Of a DNA stretch of 64,000 nt, positions 1 through 14,168 are shown piece after piece. Where the stretch lies: contig NEEC01000021.1 in NCBI GenBank assembly GCA_002189035.1, positions 992,001 through 1,056,000 of the forward strand, in the 5' to 3' direction. Below the pieces are notes generated by a model. It was not told the DNA's origin. It saw only the letters and a list, made by a program, of their open reading frames with translations, and did no database searches. A program made the position numbers and the translations under genes. How positions within the stretch are numbered: position 1 is the first letter of the stretch; each line of letters begins with the position of its first letter. The stretch is from Utricularia gibba. Its lineage: Eukaryota; Plantae; Magnoliophyta.

Positions 1-527
1 AGGAAGAGGGACAGGAGTTTTTACTGATACGAACCCCCAGTGATCCAACCACTCCGGCTTCCTCTAAGGTTTCTCTGGATGCAGCATGTTCAATGCCCTC
101 ATCTAGTTCCCAGCCACCCTGAAAGCACAAGAACAGAAACTTCATTCCCTGATTCCATAATATTGGACCATGAAATTGCACAGATTCCAAATGGTTCCTT
201 GCACAAATCTATGACTTGTACTCCAAATCTTATGTATGTGTTTACCTTAGGGAACATCAGCTTGGGGCTTTTCTGGGAGGTGACCAGAAGAACCTCCAAG
301 TCTCCTTGCGCTTGAAGGGAAGAAGACACGCCCTCATTGATTCTCCTGTATGGAATACACCTGCAAAAGGAAAAGCACAAATCAACACAGGATTCGGGGG
401 ATAAAGGTGAAGACAGCCACGAAAATGCATACCCAACAACCAACCGAACCCCCTTGCTGTATCTCTGCAAGCATCTACCGGAGCGAGGCGGGGAAGAGGC
501 GAGATGCCTGATCTGAATAGACGCCAT
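1..527 (-). CDS. Nudix hydrolase 17/18-like (DIPP subfamily), 3' part runs off the window
   Basis: Spliced exons 527-433, 360-246 and 118-~35 with GT-AG ends give MASIQ..RSGRCLQRYSKGVRLVVGCIPYR..EVLLVTSQKSPKLMFPKGGWELDEGIEHAASRETLEEAGV. This contains the Nudix box GX5EX7REUXEEXGU. Confidence 0.9.
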
Positions 528-3500
528 TGAAATTGCACGCAAAACAGAATCTTTCTCCAAACCCAGAACTCCCTTCGTAACAATTTTTACAGTTTGACAA
601 TCGAAATCGAATCTACAGGTTTGACGAGAATCAAGATTCCGGCTCCTCCCTCCTTAAGTAGAAAGGATTTCATCCCCGTAGCCGCCTCTTTCGTCAATAA
701 AAGAAGACTCTCCAGCGTTGCGTTCCCTTCGCCGCGTAAGCTTCCCGGGAATAGCCACGAAGTTGCGGCTGTTCTAGATATCAAATAGAATAATCTATTT
801 CAAATATAATTGAACCAAAACGGAATCGACGAAACAACGACGAACATTCGGTTATTGAAATTTAGAAAAGATAATAATTAAATTAATTAGAATTTATCAT
901 ATATATTATTTTATAAATACATAAATTTAATCAGATAATTTCTAAATTCTCGAATTCATTTTAAATTTTAGTAAAATTTAATAAGGTAGTCTAGAAAACA
1001 TGTTATTTTATTTATTTTTTTTTTTACTTTTCACTCCATATTTGAAAATAGAAACCAGAGACTTTGAACACAGTATTTTTTGAAATAAATAAATAAATTC
1101 AATTATAATCATCTTCTAGAAAATAAGAAATCTATTTTTGATATTAAAAATTTTTGTTGTTCATCGGAAAATGACATTTTTAGTCTCAATCATCACATTT
1201 AATTTTCTTCATAAAACTCAAATTGAAGATAATTTTGCAAATACACATAATTTTAGTAATTTATAAAATAGTAATAAATTGAGAAAAACGAACGGTTCAA
1301 TCATAATTTATTTATTTATTTTTATCATGATGTAAAACACTAGTAGAGATTATCTCCATACTTTTTCCCATGCTTTTTTGAATGGATTGTAACAGCGCTG
1401 AAGGCGAAGGCAGAATGCTGGGGTTTGAGAAGACGCATCCAGAGGCACATGCCTGCTGCTGCAAAGCATGGACCATGTCTGGACGGGAAGTCCACGCAAG
1501 ACCATACTTTTGTCACTCAACAGTAGGATCATCCCCACCCAACCCTTGCTTCAATCCGGTAATAAAATCACATATTGAAATTCAATATCCGATAGATTAG
1601 ATGAAAACATGTGAAGTTTAAATTCATAATAAATATAAATCATATTAAAAAAGATTAAACTAAATCGAATATTAATAATTTATAATTTTTTATATACATT
1701 ATTATTTCAATTTCAAATTTTGATGTGTTATTAGTTGTTCTTATTAGAACACATAACCCTATATCAAAAAATGAAAGTATCATAATTAAGTATATAAGAA
1801 TTTATAAATTATAATTAATCAATTAGATCTAATTTTTTCTATTATAATTCATGATTTTTTGTAATCTAATGATCGTTGAATACTGAATTTTAACAGTTCT
1901 AATAACACACCCAAAGTCTAGCATCCTAATTCTGAGTGACCCAGAGCAGAGCCACCCTCCCCTACGGGGGAGCCTCCGTTTGTCGCCTGAGTCCCGATGC
2001 TCGGCGAGCTCCTGTGCGTGAGTTTACAGCTCGTGAAAAGTTGCCTTCTTCTTTTTGTCTGATTCGGAAGCGTTGACTACACGTAGGCCAGGCGCAGCTT
2101 TTCCGTCTGCTGGTTTGAGTGTTGTCTGCAGATAAGTCCCTCCGGTGTTGTGCTCTGTGCTGAAGAGGCTGAGGACGAAGGTGGACCGTTCAAATTCCAC
2201 CCGGACACGTACATTCAGGACGATCAGCCAAAGAAACCCTGTCAAAACGCAGAGCCCATCGCATGGAATTCATTCCAATACCCCGAGTGAGCATCGATCC
2301 TACAGGAGGTACAATGCCTTTGCGTTGTGTGGGAAGGAAAAGGGTATCTTTTGGATCGTTTTGAAATCTATAACCTTTTTAAATTCAGGATTTGATGGGT
2401 CGGACAAATGTATACGTAAAGTCTAAGTATATAAAAAACGTGTATCACATTAGAAAAGATTAAACATAACTGATTACTCATGATCTGTAATTTTTTATAT
2501 AATTAATTATTTCAATTTTATTTTCGGATGTGGTATCGAATATTTTATAATATCCAATCCATTTATTTCACATACACTATGCATAAAAAAATACATATAG
2601 TATGAATAGTTTTTTCACATCCTCAATTTATAGAGGATATTTTTGAAATGAACAATGAAATGGATGGGAAGTTGTCACACTATGATGACAACATAGGATG
2701 GTTAGTTGTCACATCTCAATTCATTTCAAGCATGACAAACGAGTCTTCCAGAAATGAACAATGAAATGGATTTCTCATGTTCATTATTAAAATCAAGTAT
2801 TCAATGAATACTATGATAACAATGACAAGTCTAAATACATAAAATTACATTAAAAAAGATTAAGTTTAATTAATTAACTATAATTTATAATGTAATTTAT
2901 ATATTTGATTATTTTATTTTTATATTGTAATAATATTGTTTGTTCTAATAGCATTGACAATTGACAACGAGAATTGAAAATCAGACAAAATTCACATATT
3001 TGATATGTAAGAGATCGTTGATTTATGATACATTTTGATTAATGGCTGGTTGAATAGAATATTATAGTGTATTGCATTTTAAATATAATTCAAATTAATG
3101 TAATTAAAAATAAATTATTAATGAACTTATTTTTTATAAAATATTATTTATTATTTTATCATGTATTTTATATTATTAAATTTATATATAATATTATCAA
3201 AATATTTATAATAAAATCAATAAAAATAAAAATATTTTTGAAATAATAAGAGAATATACTCATTATTAAACCCTTCAACTTCAAAAAAAAATTCTACCCT
3301 CCCATTCATATTTAAAAATATTATAAATAATATAATTTATTTTAATACTTTTCAATTATTTAATAATTAATCATTTATGAAATAGCATATTCTATCAAAC
3401 ACATGATTTTTATCAAATTTATATCAAACAATTCTCGTCATGACTCTATAGTATTGAGTTAGTTTCATTTGTTGTGACGATCTTGTGGTCATTTTTGGAT

Positions 3501-4159
3501 TGTCTATGAGTTATCAAATTTTGAGATATTTATCATCGGATTCAAATGTTCGAAAAGAGCTTCAAAACGATGTTATTATTAAGTTAATTTCATTTGTTTT
3601 TGTTTTTTGGTATATTAAAAATATTTAAAATATAAAGGTATCCATTTTAGTTACATGTGCGGAGAATGTTGTGTGATGATGAGATGCAACTACAAAGGCC
3701 GAGAGATGGCACATTGTGCGACGATTTAGGTGAGAAAAGATAACCAAATTTCGTCTTCATCTCCGAGCAATGATTGCCTCATTCCGCCCGCCATTCACAC
3801 AGAAGAAGAAGAAGAGAGAAGGGGAAGCCATGAATCAACACCTTGGCCCCGCTTCTGGGTCTCTCTTTTCATAGAGGTATCATGTCTGGTTTTGGGGGAT
3901 GGCGATGGAGGGTTGGAGTTTGAAAATAATTGTATTTTTCATGGCTTCGTTGCTGGTAGCTTTTACTCCTGTCACAAACACAGCTACCCTTTTCTGTTGA
4001 AGGCCCATTTCCCTTTTCTCCCTGCAAGTCTCTCTACCGTCTCTTTCTTCTTCCGCCTTGTTCTGAAGCTGGTGATAGTTACCAAATTATTGCTTTACCA
4101 GAGATAGGAAGAGACCCATTTCCTTCAAAAGCTTGTGTTTTTTGACGGGGGTTTGAGGG

Positions 4160-6684
4160 ATGTTGTCGGGAGTTAATAGCATGGTTTGGGTGGAAGGGGA
4201 TAGAGAAGAGGATGGGGCTTCTTCTTGGGTGCAAAACGATGGCAACAATGTTGGAGAGGGTAAGGAACAAATGGTGGGAATGGGTTCTCTTGCGACGTTT
4301 AGGTCGATGCTTGAAGTCGAAGAAGAAGAATGGTACATGAACAACGGCACCGCCATGGCTGGCGGCGGCGGCGGCAACCCGGTGTCCATGCACGCCCACC
4401 AGGACATCTCTTTCTCACCCAGCTTCACCGAAGCGGGTGACAGCAATCAACTGCTTTTACACCCGGTGGATTCCTCAGCGTCCTGTTCTCCGAATGCGGC
4501 GTCGGTTTTCACCACTCTCGACCCATCTAATCATCAGTTGAATTACTTTTTGCAGCCAAGGTCATTAATGAATCCGATTCCCAATAATAATTCCTTAGAG
4601 GGAAGCTTCGAGTTGGGGTATGAAAGTGGGTATCTGGAAACTGCTTTAAACAGAGCCGGTGGGATTCTCGGCGGCGGTTACAATGATTTGGGATCAAATT
4701 CTCAGATGGGTTCTCTGAATATATATTCTTCTCCTAGTAATTTCGTTCAATTGCCACAAGGGGTAAGTGGATTCGGTCCATTTGGGGTTGGTGAAGGCTC
4801 CATTCAGGGGAACTCATTGTTCTTCAACAGGCCAAAGACTCTTAAACCTCTTGACAATTTCACTTCTGTTGGAGCACAGCCTACTCTTTTCCAGAAGCGG
4901 GCTGCTCTCAGGAAAAACCATGGGGAAATTTGGAGTCCTTGAATTTGGGTGAAACAAGTCTTGTTGGCACCAAGTCTCCAAGCATTGGAGAGGCATATGA
5001 CAGAAATTACAGTGAAGAGATCAACGAAAGGAAAAGGAAAAACAGCAGTGGAGATGATTTTGAAGATGTCAGCATTGATGGCTCTAATTTCAACTATGAT
5101 TCCGATGATCAGTTTCTAGTGAATAAACCAGATGACAGTAATAAAACAGGAGGCCCGGACAGCACGGTGACCGGAGGAGATCTTAAAGGGAAGAAGAAAG
5201 GTTTGCCGGCCAAAAACTTGATGGCGGAGAGGCGGCGGAGGAAAAAGCTTAATGACAGACTCTATATGTTGAGATCAGTGGTACCCAAAATCAGCAAGGT
5301 AAACAATGTTCTTTGAACCCAGAAATCACATTATACACTTTTTCTTCATGTTTTTACATTCTAAAGTTCCTACTTTTGTTCTATCCAACTCTGGTTGCTT
5401 TTCATATTTCTCCTTCTTTTTTGTACCGTTGTTGATAGTCATCCGAGGAGCCTTTGATCATAAATGTGTTGAAAGTGTTTTTTATCGGCATCTTTGAATT
5501 TGTGGGCATATGCCTTAAAGCTGTGTGTTAACATTAAATTCACTCACATGTAATCCATGATGTGATTTCAAAGGGATCCTGCTCTAGACTTTCCACCACA
5601 ACCAGTAAATAGAGATAACACTTTGATGAATAGTACACCAGCTAACCATAGTGACATGGCCGTTCTGGAATGAACTCTTCAGCTGACACATTCCGAATGA
5701 TTTCATTTTGTTCTAGAATTACATCTTTAGTGTGCCTCTGTGCCCTGTCTGCCATATTGAATAACTTAGCATGTATCAGTCTTGGAGTATGGCCTCAGTT
5801 TCAGTGTTTTGAGATCGTCCTCTTGCTCCTTTTCTCATTCCACTCCTTTATTGCCTGCCCATTCAATGCTATGCATCTTCCAACGTGTGCTTTAATGGAT
5901 GCCAGACACAAAAATGCTTGTTTCTTTGTTTGTTTAGCTTGTGCTCTACAATGGAGTTTGGGGTGATGCTGAATGACATAAGATGAGTAGGATAGATCAC
6001 AGGCTTGTTGTACTTCAAAAATATTGAACAGAAAAGCATTGTTTCATTTGGCAGATGGACAGAGCATCTATACTAGGAGACGCCATTGATTATCTGAAAG
6101 AGCTTCTGCAGAAGATCAGTGACCTTCATAACGAGCTTGAGTCTGCTCCTGGCACTTCTGCTGCAGCTCCAGGTGCAAGCTTGTATCCTCCTACACCAAC
6201 GGGGCCAAGCATTCCGCCTCGAATCAAAGATGAGCTCTGCCCCACTGCATTTGCTACGCCAATGTCCAGCCCCACTGGCCAAGCTGCAAGAGTACGAATC
6301 AGTAGCTTCATTTTCTGCATCCCCTGTCATCATTTTGATGAACATTCACATTGATAACAGGTGGAGGTGAGACAAAGAGAGGGAAGAGCAGTTAACATTC
6401 ACATGTTCTGCGGCTGCAGGCCAGGCCTCCTGCTGTCAACTCTACAAGCAATAGAAAATCTGGGACTGGACGTGCAGCAGGCCGTCATCAGCTGCTTCAA
6501 TGGCTTCGTCCTGGATGTGTTCAGGGCTGAGGTGAGCAACCAAACCTTGCTTCATTGACCTCTTGCCGCACTGAAAATCATATTCTAGTTTTGTTTTCAG
6601 CAGTGCAGAGAAGGGCAGGAGCTGAACCCTGAACAGATCAAGGCTACCCTCCTCGACTCAGCTGGCTTTCATGGCATGGCATGA
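4160..6684 (+). CDS. ICE1: ICE1/SCREAM-like bHLH transcription factor with C-terminal ACT-like domain; apparent 1-bp deletion at 4922-4925
   Basis: Exons 4160-5298, 6055-6291, 6361-6531, 6601-6684. Motifs [69 protein letters not shown] and [17 protein letters not shown]. Adding one G to the G4 run joins ORF 4160-4942 to ORF 4930-5316. Confidence 0.93.
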
Positions 6685-7224
6685 GCAGCATTGGATTTCA
6701 TCCATTAGTTTACTGAGTCCCCTGTCTTGCTCCATAGTTAATCCTGCGCTCAAACTGATGACCTGCATTTCTCTTCATTCTTCATGATAATAACAGCAAG
6801 GATTTTCCATTAAGATGCTACATTTTTAACATATTACCTCCCCCATCATGTAAACATTGCGTGCTGCTTACATAAATGCTAGAAAGTTACAGCAGTTATT
6901 TACAAAAACTGGCCAACTGGGCGCAGGAGCTCCATGAAAGAACACTACCGATAGTTGTTTTTCCCAAGAAAACAGGGCTCCAAAATTGCAAGCGCTGCCA
7001 ATCTCTTCCATGCTTCCTATATAGTTATATACATACATGAAGGATCCCCCAGCTCCAAAAGTGAGGGAGCTTCCTGTCCATCTTTTATTGCATTGACAAC
7101 GCAGGCAGTTAATGGATTGAGCAAGCTTCGTATAACTGGTTCCTGCATCGAATGAGCGTTGCATCGTTAGATCAATATGTTCTTTGAAACATGAAGTTGG
7201 AAGAAATGGTTACTACCAAGGAAG

Positions 7225-10200
7225 CTAGAGAGCAGGATCAGGGGTGGGTGGTGGCAGATCATTTGCTTCTTTAGAAACACCCTCTCCACTTGAATGGTCT
7301 TCATCTCCCTTAGAATTCATGTAACCTGGATTCAGATGCTGGAGCTCATCCTTCTGGAGTATCAAGATCTTGCTGTACTTGCGAACCATGCTGACAAATT
7401 CTCTGTTCATGGTGAACAAAGTCACAAATCGATTCAAAAACTTGGCTACAATGGAGAAAAGCAAAAGATGCAGCTTACTCCCAAGGGTCATCTCCAACCA
7501 GCATCATATCACCCTCGTAATCAGTATAAACAACTAGCCAGTTCTTCCCTCGATCCTTGAGTTCGCCATTGAACTCAAAAAGATTATCCAGTTCAGCTAT
7601 CAATCCATCATAGTCGTGAAACTTGGAAAGATCCACAGATCTACCCAGTGCAGTCCCTTGCTTAAGAACCTGGTATTTCACAATTTACATTATCTACAAG
7701 CTTACCACAATGGGGACAAAAATCAGTCACATAGAAGCAGATATATATAGACATGGAAACCTTAGTACAACTTCTGCTCTCCTTCATTCCACCAAGAGGA
7801 TGAGAGCTTTGTGACTGCTTTTCCAATTCATTCACCATTATTGGATTATCAGAAGTTTTTGCTCCCTTTGTCTGATTGCTCTCAAATGTAATGGATTGGT
7901 GAAGTGTCCCATTCTGGGTATGATTCGATCGCTCCAATGAACCGGCTTCCACTGGTGCAGATTCATTAGTGATGGATATACCAAAGATCTTGCATATCCC
8001 TTCCTTGGGCTTTGGTTCCTGTGTTTGACTAAAAACAGTTTTCGGAATCAACACTCTGGACTGAATTTCTGGTTTTGTAAGGTCTGGTGTACAATTTGAC
8101 TGCTCGTGATCACATCCAGAATCAGGAATGAAGGGAAGATCTCTCATAGCAACATACCTGACATCCTGGCGTGCACAATGTGATGAATGGGCACCATGAT
8201 CATGAGTTCTCATCCAAGAATTCGTAAGACCTAGCGAAAGCTGATGCGGGATTGTAGACTGGTTATTCCCAGCTACGCCACAATCGCCCTCATGATGAGA
8301 GGTAAGAATTCGAGGCCCAAAACCTGAAAATGATGAATCCATCTGTCCCATGGCTGCCCACCTATCTGAACCGTATACCCTTGAAGCCAGGATACCATCA
8401 TTCACAGATGGATTTCTGAGATGCTTATCAGAAGGGTTTGATTCATTACTTTCAGCAAAAACCCCTCTGAAGCTGAACATTTCTTGGCCGTGGAAAATCC
8501 TCGGAAAACCAACGGCAGATGAAGGATCTGCAGTCATCTTACAAGGGCCTGGAATTCAGAGAGAAAAGTATAGGACTCTCTAGGGAAGAACAGACTCCAA
8601 CAACACCAGAAGTAACTGAATGAAGTTAATGCACAGTGCTACCTTCCCTAGCAAGAGCAGACAAATCAGGTGACGGAGGAACAATACTCGATCGAGGTCT
8701 CTTCGGTCTAGGCACTGGATGCAGATTGAGAGCAGGAGGAGCTAGAGCAGGTTCTAGTTTCCAAGGTGAAACCCTCTCTGGGCGCATTATAGATGAAGTT
8801 TCATCCCATCGTACCTAGGGGAGAACAAAGAAACTACCAGTTAATGAAATCAAAGAAAGATCCTGTTATGTGGGTAACTTTTAGTTGCTCTAAAATTTGG
8901 CTTTCCATTGAGATCAACACAGATGCATAATCAAAAGCAAACCAAATCATTCAAGGGTAGAGAGTTCAGAGGAATGGCTTCAAGGGAAATAATGAGTGGC
9001 ACCTTTAAGCATCTCCATTTTGATTCTGGCCACCTATTTGGATCAGCATCTTCAATGCCAACAACGCTTCCAGTGAACCTGCAAAAATGTATAAAAAACT
9101 CATCAAAACTTTTGGATCGGTCTTCATCAAATTATGTTGATTCATACCTCTGCTCTGGAGATTCATCACCTTCAAATCGCATCTTGAACCTCATTCCAAT
9201 GGTGCAATTATTTTTCACAGACTCCATGTATTGGTCATAAGGCACAATAAACTCTGTTGGACTAGTCCTGCAGAAAACACACAAAATACAACCATGAACA
9301 TAAAATCTTTAAGTGTATCCATTTGATCACCAAAGAACAGCAGCGGATTTTTTTTACAATGTATAACTGAAGCAAAGTATAAAGAGGCAGACCTGGGCTT
9401 GTAAAATACGGTGAACATGGACTTGGTCTGAATAGCATGCCATGCAGTTGCAAGAACACCAAGATGCATGCTGTGGCTGGATATAACTGACGATGGAGAA
9501 CTGCTCTGATGTCTCATGGCACGCCTAACACCAACTCGAAGCTCTCCATTCTCTCCTCTGTGTATCAGCATAAAGTGTTTGGATGATCCACAACCACAAG
9601 GCATAGATATTCAATCTGGAGTGGAGGTGTCTCATTAAACCTCAAAAATATGAAGGCATCTCCAGCAACAAGCTTCTTGGAACTCACAAACACACTCCAG
9701 CCACTTTGGAGAAGATGCCGACGAGGTTGACCTGAAATTTTACCACCCCCACAAAAGAAAAAATTATTTCTGCCTATGAAATCAAAAAGGTCTACAGAAG
9801 TCAGACATCATCATTTTACTAAACTATGCAACGTATTTGGGTGATGAAACACTGGTTTCCACTTTCATTTGGCATCAATCAAGCCAAGAGTTTCAAAGGA
9901 CCCACTACTATAAGTCAGACACTGACAGCAAACCTACCACGAAAAATATGCCTGAATCTCCACTCATTTCCCAGCAGATCTTTGGCTACTAGTTCTTGTG
10001 TTGGAGGTTGCTTCGACATGTCCTGTCAACACATGGAACACTTACAAAGACTGAAAAAGGAGGAAACACAATCAAAAGTAAAAAAGAGCCAAGTTCATCC
10101 AAACCAGAGGGGGGAGACATTCATCAGCGTGGCGTCTAAGCACCGAGAATCCCCCATGAGTACTTGTGTCAGAAGCAGTTAGAGTCTTGCAAAATGAATG

Positions 10201-11053
10201 AACATGAAACCGGGGAGGTGCCTCTGGTTGTGGATCCTTCTGCAATACACTCTCATCTTGCTGGTGGTATGTACAACAAGAGATTCATATTACTAATCAG
10301 GCCAGGATATCGAACATAATACACGAAAAATTCAGAAAGGAAGACACTTATAACCTACATTGGGTTCAGGCATCAGCGTAATTTGAGCAAACACCTCGTC
10401 CGTCTCTGGTTCAGCCTGCAACAAACTCAGAAAGCAGCATAACTTGTTTTAGGTGCAACCCTTGCACAACACTTTAGAATTAGCTTTTTAAAATCATATA
10501 ACCTTCAAGCTAACGTTGACGACGCGGCAAAGAATCTTAGAAGGAAGATTATACACAGGCATCGTTTGGTCTGCACTTTGATTAGTGGATGCCACAACCT
10601 GTTCAGGAGAAACCCCATAAAAGTATGAGGGAAAAATAGGACTCCCATGAGAAACCCTAGTACCCCAATTGTGAAAAGGCGTAAGAAAATAGGCTGGATC
10701 AGGGCTTTGAAAAAGTTTCATCACCCCCCAAGAGACAGCAAACAAAAAAGAAAAGAAAACCTGCTCTATATGACCCTGAGGAAAATAGAAAACAAGTTCG
10801 TTTTCACGAGGCACAGTCACCAAAGGCCCAGCGCAAGCCCTCCATAGCTCAGTATATAACGCTGTCTCAGCATCCACTGAAGATGAACAACACAAAAACA
10901 ACAACAAACTGCTCAGCCAAGGAAAAAGACGTATCTTTCAAAAGTGATTCCAAATTAGACACCTTCCCCGACGCTTGAATTCCTCATCTCCGGCACGTAA
11001 TTACCGCCGCTGTCATCACCATACCCTTTGATCGGCACCTCCGCAACACCCAT
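7225..11053 (-). CDS. ARF2: Auxin response factor 2-like (B3 + ARF + PB1 domains), ~14 exons, intact
   Basis: Spliced exons give [80 protein letters not shown] and the PB1 motif [23 protein letters not shown] at 11053, with an in-frame alternative at 11065. Stop at 7225. Confidence 0.93.
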
Positions 11054-13553
11054 TTCTCCAAGCATCAATTTCAACTCAGATCTCTCATCTCCCAGCTCCA
11101 GTAACGAAACATCAAAAGCCCACCCAGAAATAAGCGCGTGGCAACGAGTGCCTTCCCCCTCGAATCACCCACTAGCCCCCCAGAAAATTCACTGCAGCGT
11201 GAACGCCTTAGACAGGGGTCGTCAAAGCTTACTGGGCGAGCGCTCGAACGACAGAGGGAGACAACGGACAAGGTAAAGAAGAGGTATATAACATCAAACC
11301 AAAAAAGAGTGTGGGGGTTTTTACCGGCGGTGAAAATGGTAAATGGTAAAAAAAAGGTTGTTGGTTAAAAATGCCCTAAAGGCGGCGCGTGACATTTTTC
11401 ACTTTTCCTCCAAATGGTCTCCCTCTTTAACGCCATGCCTCCCTTTTTGTCTTCATCACTCCTCTTCACCAATTTCTTCTTCATTCTTAATCAGTAATCA
11501 ATTCCCATAACCAGTTGCCTCACCATGAACATATTTACTTCTTGACGATGATCCAATCCTTCGTTTATGTGATGCCGATCACCCCAAATGTGGGATTTAC
11601 CGACTCCAAATAGGATAATATTCACAATAAACTTAAATTACATTAAGATAGAAAAATAATGATATGTGATTTTGAAATTTAATCATCCTATTGTTATTTG
11701 TGCAATAAAACTGCCTATTTTCAACATAATTTTGTTCCTTTTAATATATGAGAGAGAAAATTCGAATGATCAAATTTACAAAGAATATTATTTTGATTCG
11801 ATTACTAAAGTAACAAGAGCAAGTTCCAATTTTATCCTATCAACCTAAAGTTGGTTAAAATTTTGATCAAATGTATTTTACAGTATAACTTAATTAATAA
11901 TATATTTAAAATATTTATATTTAGATAAATGTATATTATATGATTAAAATTAAAATTATATTATATATATTATAAATATACGCTTAAAATGATATTATTA
12001 TATTTGATATATACGTTTAAAATATATAAAAAAAACAAATAATATGAGTTTAAGAACTCAATATTCGAAATTTGAAAAAAATTCAGATTTCACATGGATT
12101 CTAAGAACTGAAATTTCATTTTAATTTCAAAGGAAATGATCCAATATCAAGAATATTTTGATTTTTAATTAATAAAAACTCCAATATATTAATAAATTTC
12201 GATTAAATTTAAAACACAAAATTACATCAAATAACATGCAATGAAATTACGGTTCAATTTATCGGAGCGATTATCCAATTGACCCGTTTTTTTTTCTTTT
12301 TTGACCCGCAATTGAATTGGTTATGGGAAAAAGGTGTCCGGTCTTTAGAGGCAAATGGGTCACGTCACCGGTCACCCGCAGCCTCAACCGGTCCGTCTGT
12401 TGGATTGATTCCCAACCGGGAAAAAAAAGCCCTCGTAATTATCTATTTTCCCTTTTTCATATGTAATTTCTCATTAAAAAATTAAATAAAATAAGAAATT
12501 CGATTTTATTAGCTCAAAAAATGAAAATAATACTATATGAAAACAACACATGACACAATTATGCATAATTTTTTAAAAAATTCTAATACACAATATGGGA
12601 CTGTTGTATATTATTAATTTCTTGAAATGATTGTGTTTAACTTTTGAAAAATTTTAATCTTTAATCAATTTGTAGTAAAATTAGAAATTGAAATTTTTTC
12701 ATTATATTCATAAATTTATTGAATTTACTAAATTTCTGTTTCAGAAATTAAATAAAAAATTAATTAGATATGTATTCTAAAAATACATTTATATTATAAT
12801 ATTAAATTATATAATAATTTAATACATTGAACTTTATAATATATATTTTATTTTATTAAATTTTATATCATTTTCAAAAATAATTTTATAATTTCAAATA
12901 AATTCTACTCACATAATTTTAAAACTGATTCTATTTTATATAATCTGAATTAAAATTTTAAATTAATTTTTATTTTAATGATAATATTTAATAAAACATA
13001 TTTCATTTAATTCATACATTATTATTAAAATATTTTAAAATTCCATAGTTACCGGTACACAGATCCAACAGAAGAGACAAGTTAGCTACAGTATAACTCA
13101 TCATGGAAGAAGAAGACATGGGACGAAAAAGCTGCGCAAATGCATAAAGACATGGCTGCGCTCTAAAGAAGTTCCCAGCGCTCTGAGAGCGCGGGACGTC
13201 GCGGAGCTTTTTCTGAAGAGCCCATGTGACTCCCGACACTGCAAGCATCAATTTTTACATGTAAACACGCTGCGCAGTTTCTTCAGTCGTCGCAGCATCT
13301 GATAGCTGTGCTCTTGTTTTTTATTTGTATTTTGAAGCAAGTATGGGGCATGTCATTCTGATGCCTGCTGGAAAATAGACGTCTGGAACAAGAATTGAAG
13401 GCATCAGATTTTAGATTTTATGTGATTCTGCTGTGTGTGTGTTCATTTCATATCAGAGTGTGTGTGTTCTTGCTCCATTAAACTTTTGGAAGGTTCAAAG
13501 AGACGTGGCTTATCTTTGATGGTGGGGAGCCACCTTTTTTCCATCATTTAGAC

Positions 13554-14168
13554 TAGAATTATAATCTGTTTGAACGTTTCGATTACAGTTTGGTTAAAAA
13601 ATGTGAATGTTTGTAGGGTTTTGGGTTAATTCGAGATATTTGGAACTGGGAAACTGCTATTTTAACCCATGCGGAATCGATGTAACCAATAATTCAAAAT
13701 TGATGAATTTCATTTTCAAATGATTTCACACAATCTTCACAATTGTTATGAAAATTTGATATTTAAAAAACCATACATTTTTTAAGTATTCCTAATGTTT
13801 CATGTGTATAACTAAAAAAAAAATTCTATTTTCAATACGATCTCTTAATAATTGTTATGAAAACTTAAAAATTTATTAAAAAAACAATGCATTTCGTAGT
13901 CATCGATCATGATGATTAATTTTTTTCACACGATATTTTAACAGTAGTTATTTTTCAAAATCATTATCACGACAATTCATGTGGATATCTAGAAATTAAT
14001 CTCTAAAAAATAGTTCGATTTCGATTACAATTCAATTCAAGGTTTTCGATTCGATTCAAGATTTAAAAATCTGATTTCTATTCGAAATCAAAAGCAAAGT
14101 GAAGAATGAACCTCGATTTATAAATCCAAGGTTAAAAACAGATTGGTTCGGATTCGATCCCAAATCTA
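13554..14168. mobile_element. hAT-type non-autonomous element (MITE) with perfect 8-bp TSD
   Basis: ATTTAGAC occurs at both 13546-13553 and 14169-14176. Ends are TAGAATT...AAATCTA. The interior carries GGTTCG/TTCGATT motifs and resembles 36263-36706. Confidence 0.8.

Noticed and set aside
6684-7225. Natural antisense overlap of ICE1 and ARF2 3' UTRs
   Set aside because: The stops are 540 bp apart, but poly(A) sites cannot be placed from sequence alone.
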